NCBI GenBank assembly: GCA_963847445.1
Contig: CAWJZV010000008.1
Location: 96,001 to 160,000 of the forward strand
DNA from: an uncultured delta proteobacterium
GTDB taxonomy: Bacteria > Desulfobacterota > Binatia > UBA9968
Length of the DNA stretch: 64,000 bases
Direction of reading: 5' to 3'
Translations under genes and position numbers: made by a program
Shown here: positions 21,440-33,448 of the stretch, piece after piece
Layout: each line of letters begins with the position of its first letter
Numbering within the stretch: position 1 is the first letter of the stretch
Notes under the pieces: generated by a model
What the model was told of the DNA's origin: nothing
Database searches by the model: none
What the model saw: the letters and a program-made list of their open reading frames with translations, nothing else

Positions 21440-23212
21440 CTACGGCAGGCGCGCGAGATCGAGCAAAACGAGTCCATTGCGATTGAACACCGCCGCTTCT
21501 TGCTGCAGCGATGCGTTCATCAGATAGGCCTTATCTCGCACCGCTGCCAGTCGCGGGCCGATCCGCGAACGCCAGGGCGAGAAATATTCCGGCGGTCGTT
21601 TAGGATCGCTAAAGTGGTGCGTTTCGACCAACAGGTGGGTGACGCCAAACTGGTCTCGTAGCCGCCGCAGCGGCGCGGCGTCGACACTGAAGTAGGCTTC
21701 GAAGACGGCGTCCATGCGCTGGCGCATGGTTTCGACGAATTCAAGGTGGAGCACTTGGTGCAGTTGCGCGGTTAAGAAGGCGTTGCGCCGAGCGGCATAT
21801 TCGATGTTCTTGATTTCGCCGTAGGGCCAACCGGCGACCAAGCTGTTTTTCGGCAGGGCAGCGATGGCTGCGAATAACGGCTGTGACGCCTTTGCCACCA
21901 TGAAGCCTTTTTCAATCTCAACGTTGCCGCGCCCGCCGAAGGCGATGAGATAAACACCGATGATCGCCAGGAATGTGCAGTCGCGCAGTCTGCGGCGCTG
22001 TTTGGAATCTGCCGATGCGGCCGACAAGTAAATATAGCGACCAAGGAAAGATCAAAGTCACGATAAACGGCAACGAGAACATCAAGTAGCGGGTCGGTAT
22101 ATAAAGATAGGGCGCGGCTAGCCAGGCGACGACGTGCAGCAAAACGCAGACAATAAAAAATCCGAGCAAGCGGATTCCGGCGCCACGCTGATCGCTTTGC
22201 AAGACCCTGCGTAGACCCGCTGAGACGACGACTAAAATAGCCAATGCCGCGGCAGCCAACGCGGCGAGCAGCGTCACGGGGTCCAGGTTCTTGTGCAGGT
22301 TGACCCAGGGTGCGATGGCATCGCCGTGGCTATACAGAGGACCGAGATAGTACGACAGCGACTCTTGACCGAAAAGCGGATAGGGAAGCTGATCGTAGGG
22401 ACGATAGTTCCCATCGGCCCCGGCTTCGGGATAGTTGACGGTATCGGCGGCAACCAGACGCCGGCCATAGGCGCCATGACCCAGCAATAACGGCACGAGG
22501 CAGCTCACGGTGAGAAGCCCAGCCGCTGCCAAAGTCGCCAGCCGCCGCCGCAGCGACCAGCGGGTAACGCTACTCTGTTTTGCAAAAAGCGGCAGGATGA
22601 GCCAACCGCTAAGGCAAATGCCGGCGATGCTGGCAACGATCGGATAGAGTAACGCGCCGAGTATCGCCATTAGGCCAAGCAGCCGCGGGCGATCGCGCAC
22701 CAGGGCGTAAAGAGTGATCGCGATCAAGGGATAACCGTACATCCGCGGTGCCCCGCCGATGAATCCCAGGCCGATAAAAATCCATGCGCTGATAGTCAAC
22801 GCCATGACCGCGAAACTGAGCGCGGCCCCGCCCAACAGCCATCCGATGCGCCCCATGACGGCGACAAAGAGGCCGTAGGCTGCGTACATCAAGACCAATT
22901 GAACGTCGCGCACGTCGGCAAACCGGGCGCCGAGCGCGAGCGAGGCTTTGTATAGCGGCGGGCAGATGGCGTTGAGAAAGTATTCTTTTATGTAGGTCGT
23001 CGGTACCGGGTCGTTGGCGTCGAACTTGAAAAAGGCCGGGATGTACTGCACAGCGTCGAACGGCACGAAGTAAGGATCGCGGGCGATTTTCCAATGGTGC
23101 TGGATGCCGGGGCCAAAGAGAAAACCCAGCGACAAGAGGACGAGGAGTAATTTGCCGCAGGCAGGTATGTGCAATGGTGTTCCTCGGAAATGTCCAAAGC
23201 GAGTTGCGTCAA
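21440..23212 (-). CDS. Polytopic membrane protein, possibly GT-C-like (frameshifted)
   Basis: ORFs 21918..23174 and 21440..22027 join into a multi-helix membrane region followed by a soluble tail (FGVTHLLVE). Confidence 0.6.
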
Positions 23213-23427
23213 TGATTAGGTCATTCTCCGCTACCTAATTTTCATGGTCAAGCCGCCGCCAACGACTCACTCTAGCCAGCCGATGGCGAAGTTGCCTAAG
23301 ATCGCGCAGCAAAATTGCTGGCGCTGTCGGATGTCGCGGTTGCACGCGACAACGAACTTTGGGATATGATTGGGGGCTGTAAGCTAGGAGCCGACATCAT
23401 AACCACGAGAAGGGAAGCTGCGAAATC

Positions 23428-25165
23428 ATGGCACAAGCAGGGAACAATAATTGGGATCTCGAAGCCGACGTCATCGTCATCGGCTCAGGCGCGGCGGGCT
23501 TGCCGGCGGCGATCAAAGCCGTTGACAATGGCGCATCGGTGATCGTGGTCGAGGCGAATTACGACGTCGGCGGCCACGCGATTCTCAGCGGCGGCCATAT
23601 GGCCCTGGGCGGCGGCACCAGCGCGCAGAAGAAATATAATATTCCCGACTCGCCGGACACGGTGTTCTCCGATCTCACCGATTGGTCTATCGTTCAACCC
23701 AATGGCACGCCGGACTTTCGCTACAACGACCGGGCGGTGATGCGCGCCTTCGCCGATCACTGTGCCACGGCGTTCGAGTTTTTACTGGCCAATGGCGTCG
23801 AGTTCGCCGATAAGGCGCCGGACAATCAAGGCGCGTCAACCACCGGCAACTCGGCGCCGCGGGAAAATCATGCGATTTGGAGCAAAGGCGCGGGGCTGGA
23901 GAGCCCCAACGCGGCCAACGGCACCAGCGTGATCCGGCCACTGGAGGCGAGCGCGCGGGCCAAGGGCGTCAAGTTTTTGCTCAATTACAAAATGACCAGC
24001 CTGATTCGCGAGCCGTCGTCAGAGAAAAATCCCGGCCACGTGATCGGCATCGACGCGCAGTACAACCCGCATATCATGCCGGGCGCGACCGCGCCGCTAA
24101 AGAGTTTTCGCTCCGAAGGCAACATCGACAGCAGCAAACCGACGATGAAATTGCGCGCGCACAAGGCCGTCATCGTCGCCACCGGCGGCAGCACCAGCGA
24201 CGTAAATTTCCGCCGCATGTTCGATCCGCGCTTGACGCCGGAGTTTCAGGTTGGCGGCGAGCCGTACAGTTACCAAGACGCCAGCGGTGAACTCGCCGCC
24301 ATGGCCGTCGGCGCTTCGCTGTGGGGGTTGGTCCATCAGGCGCTGGAGAACGGCGCGACCATGCGCTCCCAGCGCGCCCTGGCGACCAAATATAACTACA
24401 CGACCTGGAAACTTGAGAGTCCGATCTTCCCGTTGGTGAAGTCAACGGGTTTCAACGTCAAAGACTGGCAGGATTTGATTCTCGTCAACCAAGTCGGCCA
24501 GCGGTTCTACGACGAGACCAAGGGCGATCCGCCGCACGGCAACCATGGACATGCAATATCCGGATTGCACGCCGAACGATTATCGCAACGCGGAAAACGT
24601 CAAGTACAATCCAACCCGATACAATTTTGTCAACGCGGCGTTGGCGATGAACGCATACTCCGAGCCGCCGGATTACTGTCCCGGGCCGCAGTGGGCGATC
24701 TTCGACGCCGACGCGGTGGAGCGCGAAGGCTGGAAGGTGGTGCCGCCCTACGTCGATCCCGATGGTTATTTTTTCTCCGGTAACACCCTCGGTGAACTCG
24801 CTGCCGCGATCAAGAATGAATATCAAGCCAAGCCGATGAGGGGGGAAGTTTTGCAAGCGACCGTCGAGCGTTACAACTCTTTCGTCGACGCGGGTGTCGA
24901 TGCCGACTTCGGCAAGCCCGCGCCCAAGTACAAAATCCAAAAGCCGCCGTTCTACGCCGCCTGGGGTACGGTGATCGTCCATGATACCCGCGCCGGTTTG
25001 CGCATCAACGCGCGCTGCCAAGTGGTCGACATGAGCGGGCAAGTGATTCCCGGACTTTACTGCGCCGGTGAATCGGCCGGCGGTTTCAATCAGCATGGCA
25101 TGGGCCGCTGCGTCACCCAGGGTTATATTTGCGGCAGCGACGCGGCGAAGCTGCCGCGACGTTAG
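23428..25165 (+). CDS. FAD_binding_2 flavoprotein (fumarate reductase/ketosteroid dehydrogenase-like; frameshift near 24550)
   Basis: DVIVIGSGAAG, VIVATGG and IPGLYCAGE motifs. Confidence 0.88.
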
Positions 25166-25170
25166 AAGAT

Positions 25171-25242
25171 CGTTAGGGGTGAGGCGTCAGGGGTTAGGGG
25201 TTCCGGACGCCTCACCCTCACCCCTCACCCCTCACGATTCAC
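25171..25242. repeat. 7-nt periodic repeat hairpin
   Basis: GTTAGGG GTGAGGC GTCAGGG GTTAGGG, then GCCTCAC CCTCAC CCCTCAC CCCTCAC. Confidence 0.7.
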
Positions 25243-25302
25243 GGTTTCGTCGCGGAGTGAACACCTTCGGTCATGAAGTCGAAAATCGAAAGGAAGATGA
25301 AG

Positions 25303-27318
25303 ATGTCACGCAATCAAATTCGCCTGGAGTTCGAGAGCAAAACCAGTTTCGCCGGCGGCAAGTCGTTCGGCGCCGTCGGGCCCTATGAGCGGCTGCTCGG
25401 CATGGTCCATTTCGCCATCGATCCCGATGAAAAAGATCTGCCGTTTGTTTGCGATCTCGAATTCGCGCCGCGCAATGCTGACGGCTTGGTCGAGTTCAAA
25501 GCGGTGATCGATCTGGTCAAGCCGGTGGACATGAGCAAAAGCAATGGCAAGTTGCTATTCGATTTTTCCAATCGCGGCGGGCGCGGCGCGTTCACGCGCT
25601 TGAACGACGGCGGCGGCGACTATACGAAAGAAAATTGCGCCGGCAACGGTTTTCTCAATCGCCAAGGTTACGCGGTGGTCACGGTGGGCTGGCAAGGCGA
25701 TTTGGTTTATAGCGGCAGCAATGTCGTCGCATTCGTGCCGGAAGCGCGCCAGAACGGCCAGCCATTGCGCGGCAAAGTGCGCCAGGAATTTATTTCCGAC
25801 AGAAAGGGAGTCCTTTCGATGCCGGTCAGCGGCGCGGCCAACATTCAATGCTACCCGGTGCTCAATCGCGCCACCGCGACGCTCACCCTTCGGGAAAAAG
25901 AAGCCGACCCTCGGGTGGCGGTTCCGGCGAGCGAATGGGATTTAGCCAAGGCCAAGGAGGTCGACGGTAAGATCGAGCTCAAACCTTCGAACGTCGATCT
26001 TTACATCAAGGGTGGATTCAAGACCGGCTGGATTTACGAATTGATCTACGACACCGAAGGCTCGCGCGTCATGGGGCTCGGCTTCCTCGGTCTGCGCGAT
26101 GTGGTTTCTTTCTTACACCATGGCAGTAAAGATGCCGCCGGTGTGGCCAATCCGCTCGCCGGCGCGATCGACAAGGTCTATGGTTACGGCGCATCGCTGG
26201 CCGGCCGGGTGGTGCGCGAGTTCGTATACGAAGGCTGGAATCGCGACGCCGAGGGGCGCAGAGTTTTCGACGCGGTGCAAACCCATACCGGCATCGGCCG
26301 TTTGTATTGCAACATGCGCTTCGCCCAGATCGGCCGCTATCCGCGCCAGCATGAAGAACATTCCTATCCGTCGGAGCGCTACCCATTTAACTTTGCGGCG
26401 ATTCCCGACCCATTTACCGGCAAAACAGACGCGGTGCTCAAGCGTCCCGACAGCGATCCGTTGCTGGTTCACTGTCATACCTCAAGCGAGTATTGGGAAC
26501 GGCATGGCTCGATGACCCACACCGATCCGCGCGACGGCAGCGACGCTGAGATTCCCGCCAACGTGCGCATGTACATGCTCGCGGGCTCGCCCCACGCGGC
26601 GATCGCCGCCGACAATCCCAAATGGGTCGGTCAACTGCCGCCGAGCAATTTTTCACCGCAGCCGTTCCTGCGCGCCTGTTTCGTTCTCATGGACCGCTGG
26701 GCGAGCGCCGGCGTGGCGCCGCCGCCCAACCGCGTGCCGCGACGTTCAGAGGGACAGTTGGTGTCGCCTAAAGAAGCGCTCAAGCGGTTTCCAAAAATCC
26801 CCGGCGTCAATCTGCCCGCCACGCCAAGCCGCTTGCCGCTATGGAACTACGGTCCCGACTTCGATGAGCGCGGCATCATGAGTATTTTCCCGCCTGAGGC
26901 GGTGCCGGGCAAAGAGTATCCGATCCAAGTACCGCAGGTGGACGCCGACGGCAACGACTTGGGCGGCGTGCGCTACCCGGACATGCAGGCGCCGATCGCG
27001 ACGTATATCGGCTGGGCGCTACGCAAAGCCGGCTTCGCCGAAGGCGAGCTGATGATGACCAACGGTTGTTTGAAGGCCTTTGCGCGCACCAAAGCCGAAC
27101 GCGAAAAAATCGGCGATCCACGCTTGTCGATCGCAGAGCGCTATCCGAGCCATCAGGCCTATGTCGACATCGTCAAACGCGCCGTCGATGAATTGGTCAA
27201 GGAAGGTTTCCTGCTGCCGGAAGACGGCGAAGACTACGTCGCAGCCGCCCAGCGGAAGAACCCGCTGGACCCGGCGGTGACGATCGAGCCGTTGGTGACG
27301 GCAGGCAGGGAGGATTAA
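25303..27318 (+). CDS. Large alpha/beta hydrolase-domain protein
   Basis: FGAVGPYE, YGASLAGR nucleophile elbow, TSSEYW and DADGNDLGG motifs. Confidence 0.8.
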   Translation: MSRNQIRLEFESKTSFAGGKSFGAVGPYERLLGMVHFAIDPDEKDLPFVCDLEFAPRNADGLVEFKAVIDLVKPVDMSKSNGKLLFDFSNRGGRGAFTRLNDGGGDYTKENCAGNGFLNRQGYAVVTVGWQGDLVYSGSNVVAFVPEARQNGQPLRGKVRQEFISDRKGVLSMPVSGAANIQCYPVLNRATATLTLREKEADPRVAVPASEWDLAKAKEVDGKIELKPSNVDLYIKGGFKTGWIYELIYDTEGSRVMGLGFLGLRDVVSFLHHGSKDAAGVANPLAGAIDKVYGYGASLAGRVVREFVYEGWNRDAEGRRVFDAVQTHTGIGRLYCNMRFAQIGRYPRQHEEHSYPSERYPFNFAAIPDPFTGKTDAVLKRPDSDPLLVHCHTSSEYWERHGSMTHTDPRDGSDAEIPANVRMYMLAGSPHAAIAADNPKWVGQLPPSNFSPQPFLRACFVLMDRWASAGVAPPPNRVPRRSEGQLVSPKEALKRFPKIPGVNLPATPSRLPLWNYGPDFDERGIMSIFPPEAVPGKEYPIQVPQVDADGNDLGGVRYPDMQAPIATYIGWALRKAGFAEGELMMTNGCLKAFARTKAEREKIGDPRLSIAERYPSHQAYVDIVKRAVDELVKEGFLLPEDGEDYVAAAQRKNPLDPAVTIEPLVTAGRED

Positions 27319-27588
27319 AAGCAATGCGAAGAATCGTAGAACAATCTCCGTTAAACTCTGCAGAAGCATGACTTTGACCGGAGATCTGGACGAAGCCTTA
27401 GCCGAACTGCCCGAGGCGATCAATCGCAATGTGCTGGAGTTTATCCGGGGGCACTAGGCGACAGGGACGTGAAGTTTGTCATTCTGGCCGCATCGGTTGC
27501 ATCTTGCTCGGGTTCAAAGCGTGATGAGCGATCTCGTGCAGTTCGCTCGCCGGCAGATAACAGCGAGAGAAGAAAGAGGAGGCCATTT

Positions 27589-28653
27589 GTGATTACTCAT
27601 GGAGCGGGCGTTAAAATAACCGCTTTGGGCGCGCTCTTAGTGTCCGCAGTGCTCTCAGCCGATCGCGGTTTCGCCCAAGCGTCATTTTATCAGGGGAAAA
27701 CCATAACCGTCGTCGCCGGTACCGCGCCGGGAGGAATCGGCGATGGCCGAGTAAAGTCGCTGATTCCGTATCTGCGCAAATACATCCCGGGCAGTCCGGC
27801 GATCGTGGTCGAATACATGGACGGCGGCGGTGGTCGCCAGGTAGGCAACCATATGGCTCGCAACGCCCGGCCGGACGGGCTCACCATCGGCGCATTCAGC
27901 AGCAGCGTGATCTCACTGAATATTCTGCGCGAAAGCGGCGTGATGTACGACATCGATAAATTTTTCTACCTCGGCTCGCCGGAAAGCACCAGCCACCTGG
28001 TGTTCTATACCAGAAAGGAAGCGGGTCTGAGCAATTTGGAGAAACTCCGAGCCACATCAGGAGTCAGAGTCGGTGCTCGGCCGGTTGGGCACAGCGCCTA
28101 CGTCGCGGCCCGTTTATTTGCCTATTATCTCGGTTTAAAAGACAGCAAGTTCATCCCGGGCTACGCGGCTCCGGAGCTAGACGTTGCCCTGCTGCGCGGC
28201 GAGGTCGATGCCAGAGCGAACACCTCGGCGTCGGTCTGGCAGCGCAATCCCGATTGGCTAGAAAAAGGTTTGATGGATTTTCACGCCGCGTTGGAGGTTC
28301 CCAAGGGAATCAAGCCTCCCCGCTTCGGCCATATCCCTGAGATCGAGAGCTTCGCCAAATCTGAAAAAGAGATCAAGCTTCTCACCATGGCGCGAACCTT
28401 CAGACTGACGGGCTCGCCCTACGTCATGCCTCCGGGAACGCCTAAAGATCGCGTGGAGATTGTCCAAGAGGCGATGCGCAAGGCGCTTAAAGATGGCGAT
28501 TTTCAGCGCGAATACCGTAAGATCGTCGGTGAGGACGCCGATCCCCTGATGCCCGAGGAATTGGCCAAGGCCATTCGCGACACCCCACGGGACGCTGAAT
28601 TGATCGAGATGTTCAAAACCCTCTCGGGCCCCGCGCCGCTGCCGGCGCGCTAA
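27589..28653 (+). CDS. Bug/TctC-family substrate-binding protein
   Basis: FYQGKTITVV, ARPDGLTIG and PPGTPKDRV. GAGGAGG RBS precedes GTG 27589. Confidence 0.85.
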   Translation: MITHGAGVKITALGALLVSAVLSADRGFAQASFYQGKTITVVAGTAPGGIGDGRVKSLIPYLRKYIPGSPAIVVEYMDGGGGRQVGNHMARNARPDGLTIGAFSSSVISLNILRESGVMYDIDKFFYLGSPESTSHLVFYTRKEAGLSNLEKLRATSGVRVGARPVGHSAYVAARLFAYYLGLKDSKFIPGYAAPELDVALLRGEVDARANTSASVWQRNPDWLEKGLMDFHAALEVPKGIKPPRFGHIPEIESFAKSEKEIKLLTMARTFRLTGSPYVMPPGTPKDRVEIVQEAMRKALKDGDFQREYRKIVGEDADPLMPEELAKAIRDTPRDAELIEMFKTLSGPAPLPAR

Positions 28654-28975
28654 ACCCGCAAGTGAAGATTAGGAAGCAAATCTTTTTCCGCGAGCATATC
28701 GGCGCTTGGGCGCACGCTGGCGCCATTGAAATTGATCTGATCCCTCGATGCTTGTCTCGCATTGGCTGGCACTTCGACTTGAGTCGGTATTCACATCCCA
28801 GCGGTTTCAAGTTGACATAACGCGAACCTATCGAATACGGTTTGACCCACAGATGAGGATAGGTTGCCAGTCGGTTTTCTGAATTAGCTGCTCGCGAGTC
28901 TGAAACACCGGCTTGCATGGTCTGCGGCCCCGATTGCCGCTTGATCAGGAATTCACACCCCACGAGAGGTCGGTC

Positions 28976-31900
28976 ATGAAAAAGACAACGAAAGCCAAAC
29001 GATCCACCGCTGCCACACGGAAGCCCGCAACTCGCGCCGCCGCGGCCGTCGAGGTCGAACGACGAGTCTCGGCGCTCGACTGGAAGGAACTCGCGACCGG
29101 TTTGGGCGGCGCGACCCGCGGCACAGGCGGCATATCAGAGAACGACCTGAGGGATTACTTCGGCGCCGAGGAATTCGAGCGGCTTCAGCAGCTCGCCGGA
29201 TTCAGTCAGACCGTGCGGTCGCGCTCGGCGCCGCTCGGCAACGTGATCTTTCTCCACGGCATCACCGGCTCGGACCTGGGCGTTGCCGCCGGTTCGGGAG
29301 AGCCGGACGAAGTCTGGGTGAACTTTTTCCGCCTGATCAACGGCCGCATCGAACGCCTCAAGCTCGCCGCGGACGGCGCCAAGGAAGCGGACCGCACTTG
29401 GCGAGTCGTGCCGATGGGGGTGAATAAGCGCTACTACGCCCGCGCCGTGCTCGCCCTCGGCGGCCGCTGGAACGTCACGCCCTTCGCCTACGACTGGCGC
29501 AAAGACATCGACGACTCTTCGAACGAGCTCGCTAAGCTCATCCGCCGCGACTTTCAGGGCAAGCCCGTGCATCTCGTCGCCCACTCGATGGGCGGGCTGG
29601 TCTGCCGCAATTTTATCCGGCTGCACCAGGATCTTTGGGAGGCCATGAAAGACCCTGGGCTCGTGCGCGGCGGGCGCCTGATCATGCTCGGCACACCGAA
29701 CTACGGCTCGTTCGCCATCCCGCAGGTAATCACCGGGCAGGACAAGATGATCAGCCTGCTCGCCACGCTCGACGTGAGGCACGATCTGGGCGAACTCCTC
29801 GAGGTTACCAACTCGTTCGTCGGCAGTTACATGATGCTTCCGGCCCCGGCGAAGCTGACTCCCGCGCTCCAGAAGCTGTATCGCGGCGAAACCTGGGGTG
29901 AGAGCACAGGGCTGGTGTCGCAGCGCCACCTCGACCGCTCCTATCAGTTCCATCACGATCTCGAGGCTGCTGCGCCGACTATCGACCCGACGCGCATGAT
30001 CTACGTCGCAGGATGCCGGCAGGCGACACTGTCCGGGTTGAAGATCGCCAGCCGCGGCGACTTCGATTACGAGTTGACCTACGCCGGCGACGGGCGGGTG
30101 CCGCACGACCTCGGCCTGCTGGAGAACGTGCCGACCTACTACGTCGACGAAGCGCATGGCGATCTTGCGCGCAACGAATCGGTCATCGCCGCCGTCGATG
30201 AGTTGCTCGAAAGAGGCCAGACGGCGACGCTCGGGACACAGGTGCTGCGCGCGGTGAAACGCGCGGCGCCGACGATGCGCGACTACCGTACACCTGAGGA
30301 TAAGCAGCTTATCGAGGATCTCGGGCGGCTCGCGCGCAAGGCCGAGGCAACTCACCAGGCTGTTCGCGGCGCCGGTGCGCGCGCCGACGAGACCGAACGT
30401 GCCGCGCTGCGCGCCACCTTCACCGACGAAGAGGCGCGCTTCGCCGAAGACGCAATCGTCAAGGCTGCGCTCGGCGGCCGCGGCCGCCCGGCGCAGCAGA
30501 TAGCGGTGCAACCGATGTCGCCGGCGGTGCGCGCTCAGATCAAGCCAATCAACGTCACCCTGCTCAAGGGCGACATCACCGAGGTCGAGGCACCGCTTGT
30601 CGTCGTCGGCCATTACAAGGGCGTGCCGCCGACGCGCGCGGTCGGCGCCATCGACCATAAACTCGGCGGCTGGATCGAGCGTGCCGGGCGCCTGGGCATG
30701 ATCGGCGGGAACCTCGGCGAGACGTTCTTCGTGCCGAACGTCGCCAATGCGTTAAAGGCCGGAGGCGCGGTCCTCGCAGGCATGGGCGAGTTCGGCAAGT
30801 TCACGCGTGATGACCTGGTGCTCCTCATGTCGAACGTGACCATAGGCGTATCGGCTCTCGGCCTGAAGGGCTACGCCAGCGTGCTGATCGGTTCCGGTGA
30901 AGGCAACCTCGACCGCGAGAGCGCGCTCAAGGCTTTTCTCGAGGGCGTCGCTGCCGGCGCCGAGCGCTTCGAGAAGGAGTCCGACGGCAGACTGGCGGCG
31001 TCTCGGTCGCTGACGATCGTCGAGAAGTACGACGCCCCGTTCAAGAGCCTGGAAGAGCAGCTTCGGCGGCTGGCAGGACCCCAATCCTCAAGGGCGGGTA
31101 AAGAGCGGACAAGCGGCCGCAAGTCCGCGCGCCCGCAAGGCAAGGCGTCGCGCATCGACGAGGCGGAGGCGAACGCGCCGATCACGCTCACCGTCAAAAA
31201 GGGCGCGCGCTCGGCGGCCAAGCCGGCGCAGCGCGACAGAGCCGGGAAAAGGGCCGACGTTCCATCGAGCCTGGATGAAGTGCGGCTCACCGTCGAGCAG
31301 TTGAAGGAGGGCACGTTCCGCTTCTCGGCTCTCGCGGAGACGGCCGTCGTGCCGGTGCGCGAGGTCGAGATCAACGCGACATTCGCCAGGGGCGCCGCCG
31401 ACCGGTTGATGAGCTCGACGACGCGCGACGAGCAGATCAAGTTCGGCGAGCTGCTCTACACCTACCTGGTGCCGGAAGACTTTCACCGGATGATCGATAG
31501 CGGCAAACCGCTCAAGCTCATCCTCGACCGCAGCACCGCCTCGTATCCTTGGGAGATGGCATGCTTCCGCAGCGCGCAGAATCCGAATCGCGTCTCGAGC
31601 CTCGGCGTCGACCTGCGCGTGACACGCCAGTTCCGCACGCTGCTTTCGAGCGCGCCGGGCATGAAGCCGGTGCTCAACCGCAACCTCAAGGTGCTGATCA
31701 TCGCCGACCCTGCGCGGGAGCCGGACTACCAGCTACCGGGCGCGCGCCGCGAGGGACGCGAGGTGGCGAGCGTCTTCCGCAACTTCCCGGCGAAGCAGCA
31801 CGGGATCTTTATCGAGGTCGATGAACATATCGGCCCCGATCAATGCGACCCGGTCGAGATCCTGGCGCTGCTGCTCTCCGGAGCATTCGATATCGTGCAT

Positions 31901-32338
31901 TACGCCGGTCACGGCGGCTATGACAAGGACAACCCGGCCGGAAGCGGCTGGATCTTCGGCAAGGACTGCGTCCTGTCCGCGCGGGAGATCTTCCGCGCGC
32001 GCAAGGTGCCGCGGCTGGTGTTCGCCAACGCCTGCTTCTCGGCAGTCACGACCCAGGGGCGGGCACTGTCCGCCGACGAGCAGTCGAAAGGGCTCGCAAG
32101 CATCGCTCAGGCGTTCTTCGAGCGTGGCGTGAGCAACTACATCGGCAGCGGCTGGCCGGTCAATGACGACCAGGCGACGACGCTCGCGCGAACGTTCTAC
32201 GACGGCCTGCTGAAAGGAAAGCCAATCTGCGACGCTCTCAAGGCGGGGCGCGCGGAGATCGGCGGCTACGGCGATACCTGGGGTGCGTACCAGCACTATG
32301 GCAATCCGAACGACGTCGTGATCAAGGCCGACAAGTAG
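28976..32338 (+). CDS. Lipase/acyltransferase, macro-like and CHAT caspase-like protease multidomain protein
   Basis: LHGITGS, YDWRK, AHSMGG, GTPNYGS, GDGRVP and AHGDL (hydrolase). LLKGDI..VVVGHY and SVLIGSG (macro-like). HYAGHG, FANACFS, GWPVND and AYQHYG (CHAT). Confidence 0.88.
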   Translation: MKKTTKAKRSTAATRKPATRAAAAVEVERRVSALDWKELATGLGGATRGTGGISENDLRDYFGAEEFERLQQLAGFSQTVRSRSAPLGNVIFLHGITGSDLGVAAGSGEPDEVWVNFFRLINGRIERLKLAADGAKEADRTWRVVPMGVNKRYYARAVLALGGRWNVTPFAYDWRKDIDDSSNELAKLIRRDFQGKPVHLVAHSMGGLVCRNFIRLHQDLWEAMKDPGLVRGGRLIMLGTPNYGSFAIPQVITGQDKMISLLATLDVRHDLGELLEVTNSFVGSYMMLPAPAKLTPALQKLYRGETWGESTGLVSQRHLDRSYQFHHDLEAAAPTIDPTRMIYVAGCRQATLSGLKIASRGDFDYELTYAGDGRVPHDLGLLENVPTYYVDEAHGDLARNESVIAAVDELLERGQTATLGTQVLRAVKRAAPTMRDYRTPEDKQLIEDLGRLARKAEATHQAVRGAGARADETERAALRATFTDEEARFAEDAIVKAALGGRGRPAQQIAVQPMSPAVRAQIKPINVTLLKGDITEVEAPLVVVGHYKGVPPTRAVGAIDHKLGGWIERAGRLGMIGGNLGETFFVPNVANALKAGGAVLAGMGEFGKFTRDDLVLLMSNVTIGVSALGLKGYASVLIGSGEGNLDRESALKAFLEGVAAGAERFEKESDGRLAASRSLTIVEKYDAPFKSLEEQLRRLAGPQSSRAGKERTSGRKSARPQGKASRIDEAEANAPITLTVKKGARSAAKPAQRDRAGKRADVPSSLDEVRLTVEQLKEGTFRFSALAETAVVPVREVEINATFARGAADRLMSSTTRDEQIKFGELLYTYLVPEDFHRMIDSGKPLKLILDRSTASYPWEMACFRSAQNPNRVSSLGVDLRVTRQFRTLLSSAPGMKPVLNRNLKVLIIADPAREPDYQLPGARREGREVASVFRNFPAKQHGIFIEVDEHIGPDQCDPVEILALLLSGAFDIVHYAGHGGYDKDNPAGSGWIFGKDCVLSAREIFRARKVPRLVFANACFSAVTTQGRALSADEQSKGLASIAQAFFERGVSNYIGSGWPVNDDQATTLARTFYDGLLKGKPICDALKAGRAEIGGYGDTWGAYQHYGNPNDVVIKADK

Positions 32339-32544
32339 CGCGACGGCAGGTTGTCTAGAGCGATTATTGATCACCAGCTGATGCGTGAGAAGTAGAGACT
32401 CTGCGGCGACGGCTGATACGCCACCTGTCATTTTTCAGCATTTTTCAGGGTCAAGCTTTTCAATACAAGCCGTGCGCGTTGGCGCACGGGCCCGGGTGTG
32501 GGGCGCACCATATACGACCGCGTGATTTGCTACTCAGCGTGCGA

Positions 32545-33448
32545 CTATTTGAATGCGCCAATCCCGGGTGTTTTAACTTCGAGTTTGGCGAGGGCACCGC
32601 GTGTCGTGAGATACAGGGTGCGAAAGTCCGGTCCGCCGAAAGCGAGGTTGCGAACTATCTCCGGCATCCGGAGGATGCCGATGACCTCACCCGATGGAGC
32701 GATAACCCAGATGCCGCCGGAGCCGACGCAAAACACTCGACCTTTGGTGTCGACCTTCATGCCGTCGGGAACGCCGGGAGCCGCCGAGGACATATCACAG
32801 AACACGCGGTTGTTGCTCAGGATCCCGTCCGGGGCCACGTCGAACGCGCGGATGCGCCGATGATTACAAACCTCGCCACGCTCGCGCCTCCTGGAAGCAG
32901 CGCTCGTCGAGCCGGCTAATCGCGACGTACAGCACCGACTCATCGGGAGAGAACGCCAGCCCATTGGGGTACTCACACTCGTCGGTGGCCAGGTGCACGT
33001 GGCCCGTCGGATCGATGCGAAATACGCCGGAAAATCCGATCTCGCGCAGCTCTGCTGGAAGGCGCAGCCCGGGGTCGGTGAAAAAGATGGTGCCGTCGGA
33101 GCGGCACACCACATCGTTCGGTTTATTGAACCGTTTGCCTTGCCAGCGCTCGGCAATGGCCGTGACCGTGCCATCTGCCGCCATCCGGGTAATGCGCCGG
33201 TGATCGGCGCCTTCGCACATGATGAGACGGCCCTGGCGATCGAGCGTGCAGCCGTTGCCCTCGCCGGTATTTTCCCGCACTACGGTTATTGCACCGTTGG
33301 GGTCCCAGCGCAGCAGCCGGTTCCCCTCTAGATCGACAAAGGTAACATAACCCTCGGCATGCCAGAGCGGCCCTTCGGCGCGGCCCCAGCCAGTGGCAAG
33401 CTGAGTCGGTTCTGTGGATGCGAATATGTCGGACAGGTTCTCAGCCAT
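32545..33448 (-). CDS. SMP-30/gluconolactonase family protein (frameshift near 32870)
   Basis: EGPLW, FNKPND, PNGLAFSPDE and PDGMKVD motifs. Confidence 0.9.

Noticed and set aside
27395-27457. AELPEAINRNVLEFIRGH-stop, resembling an alpha/beta hydrolase C-terminus
   Set aside because: Too short to support a feature call.
29135-30658. 507-aa antisense ORF and similar long shadow ORFs
   Set aside because: They lie opposite well-supported genes and are expected from GC-rich codon bias. No motifs.
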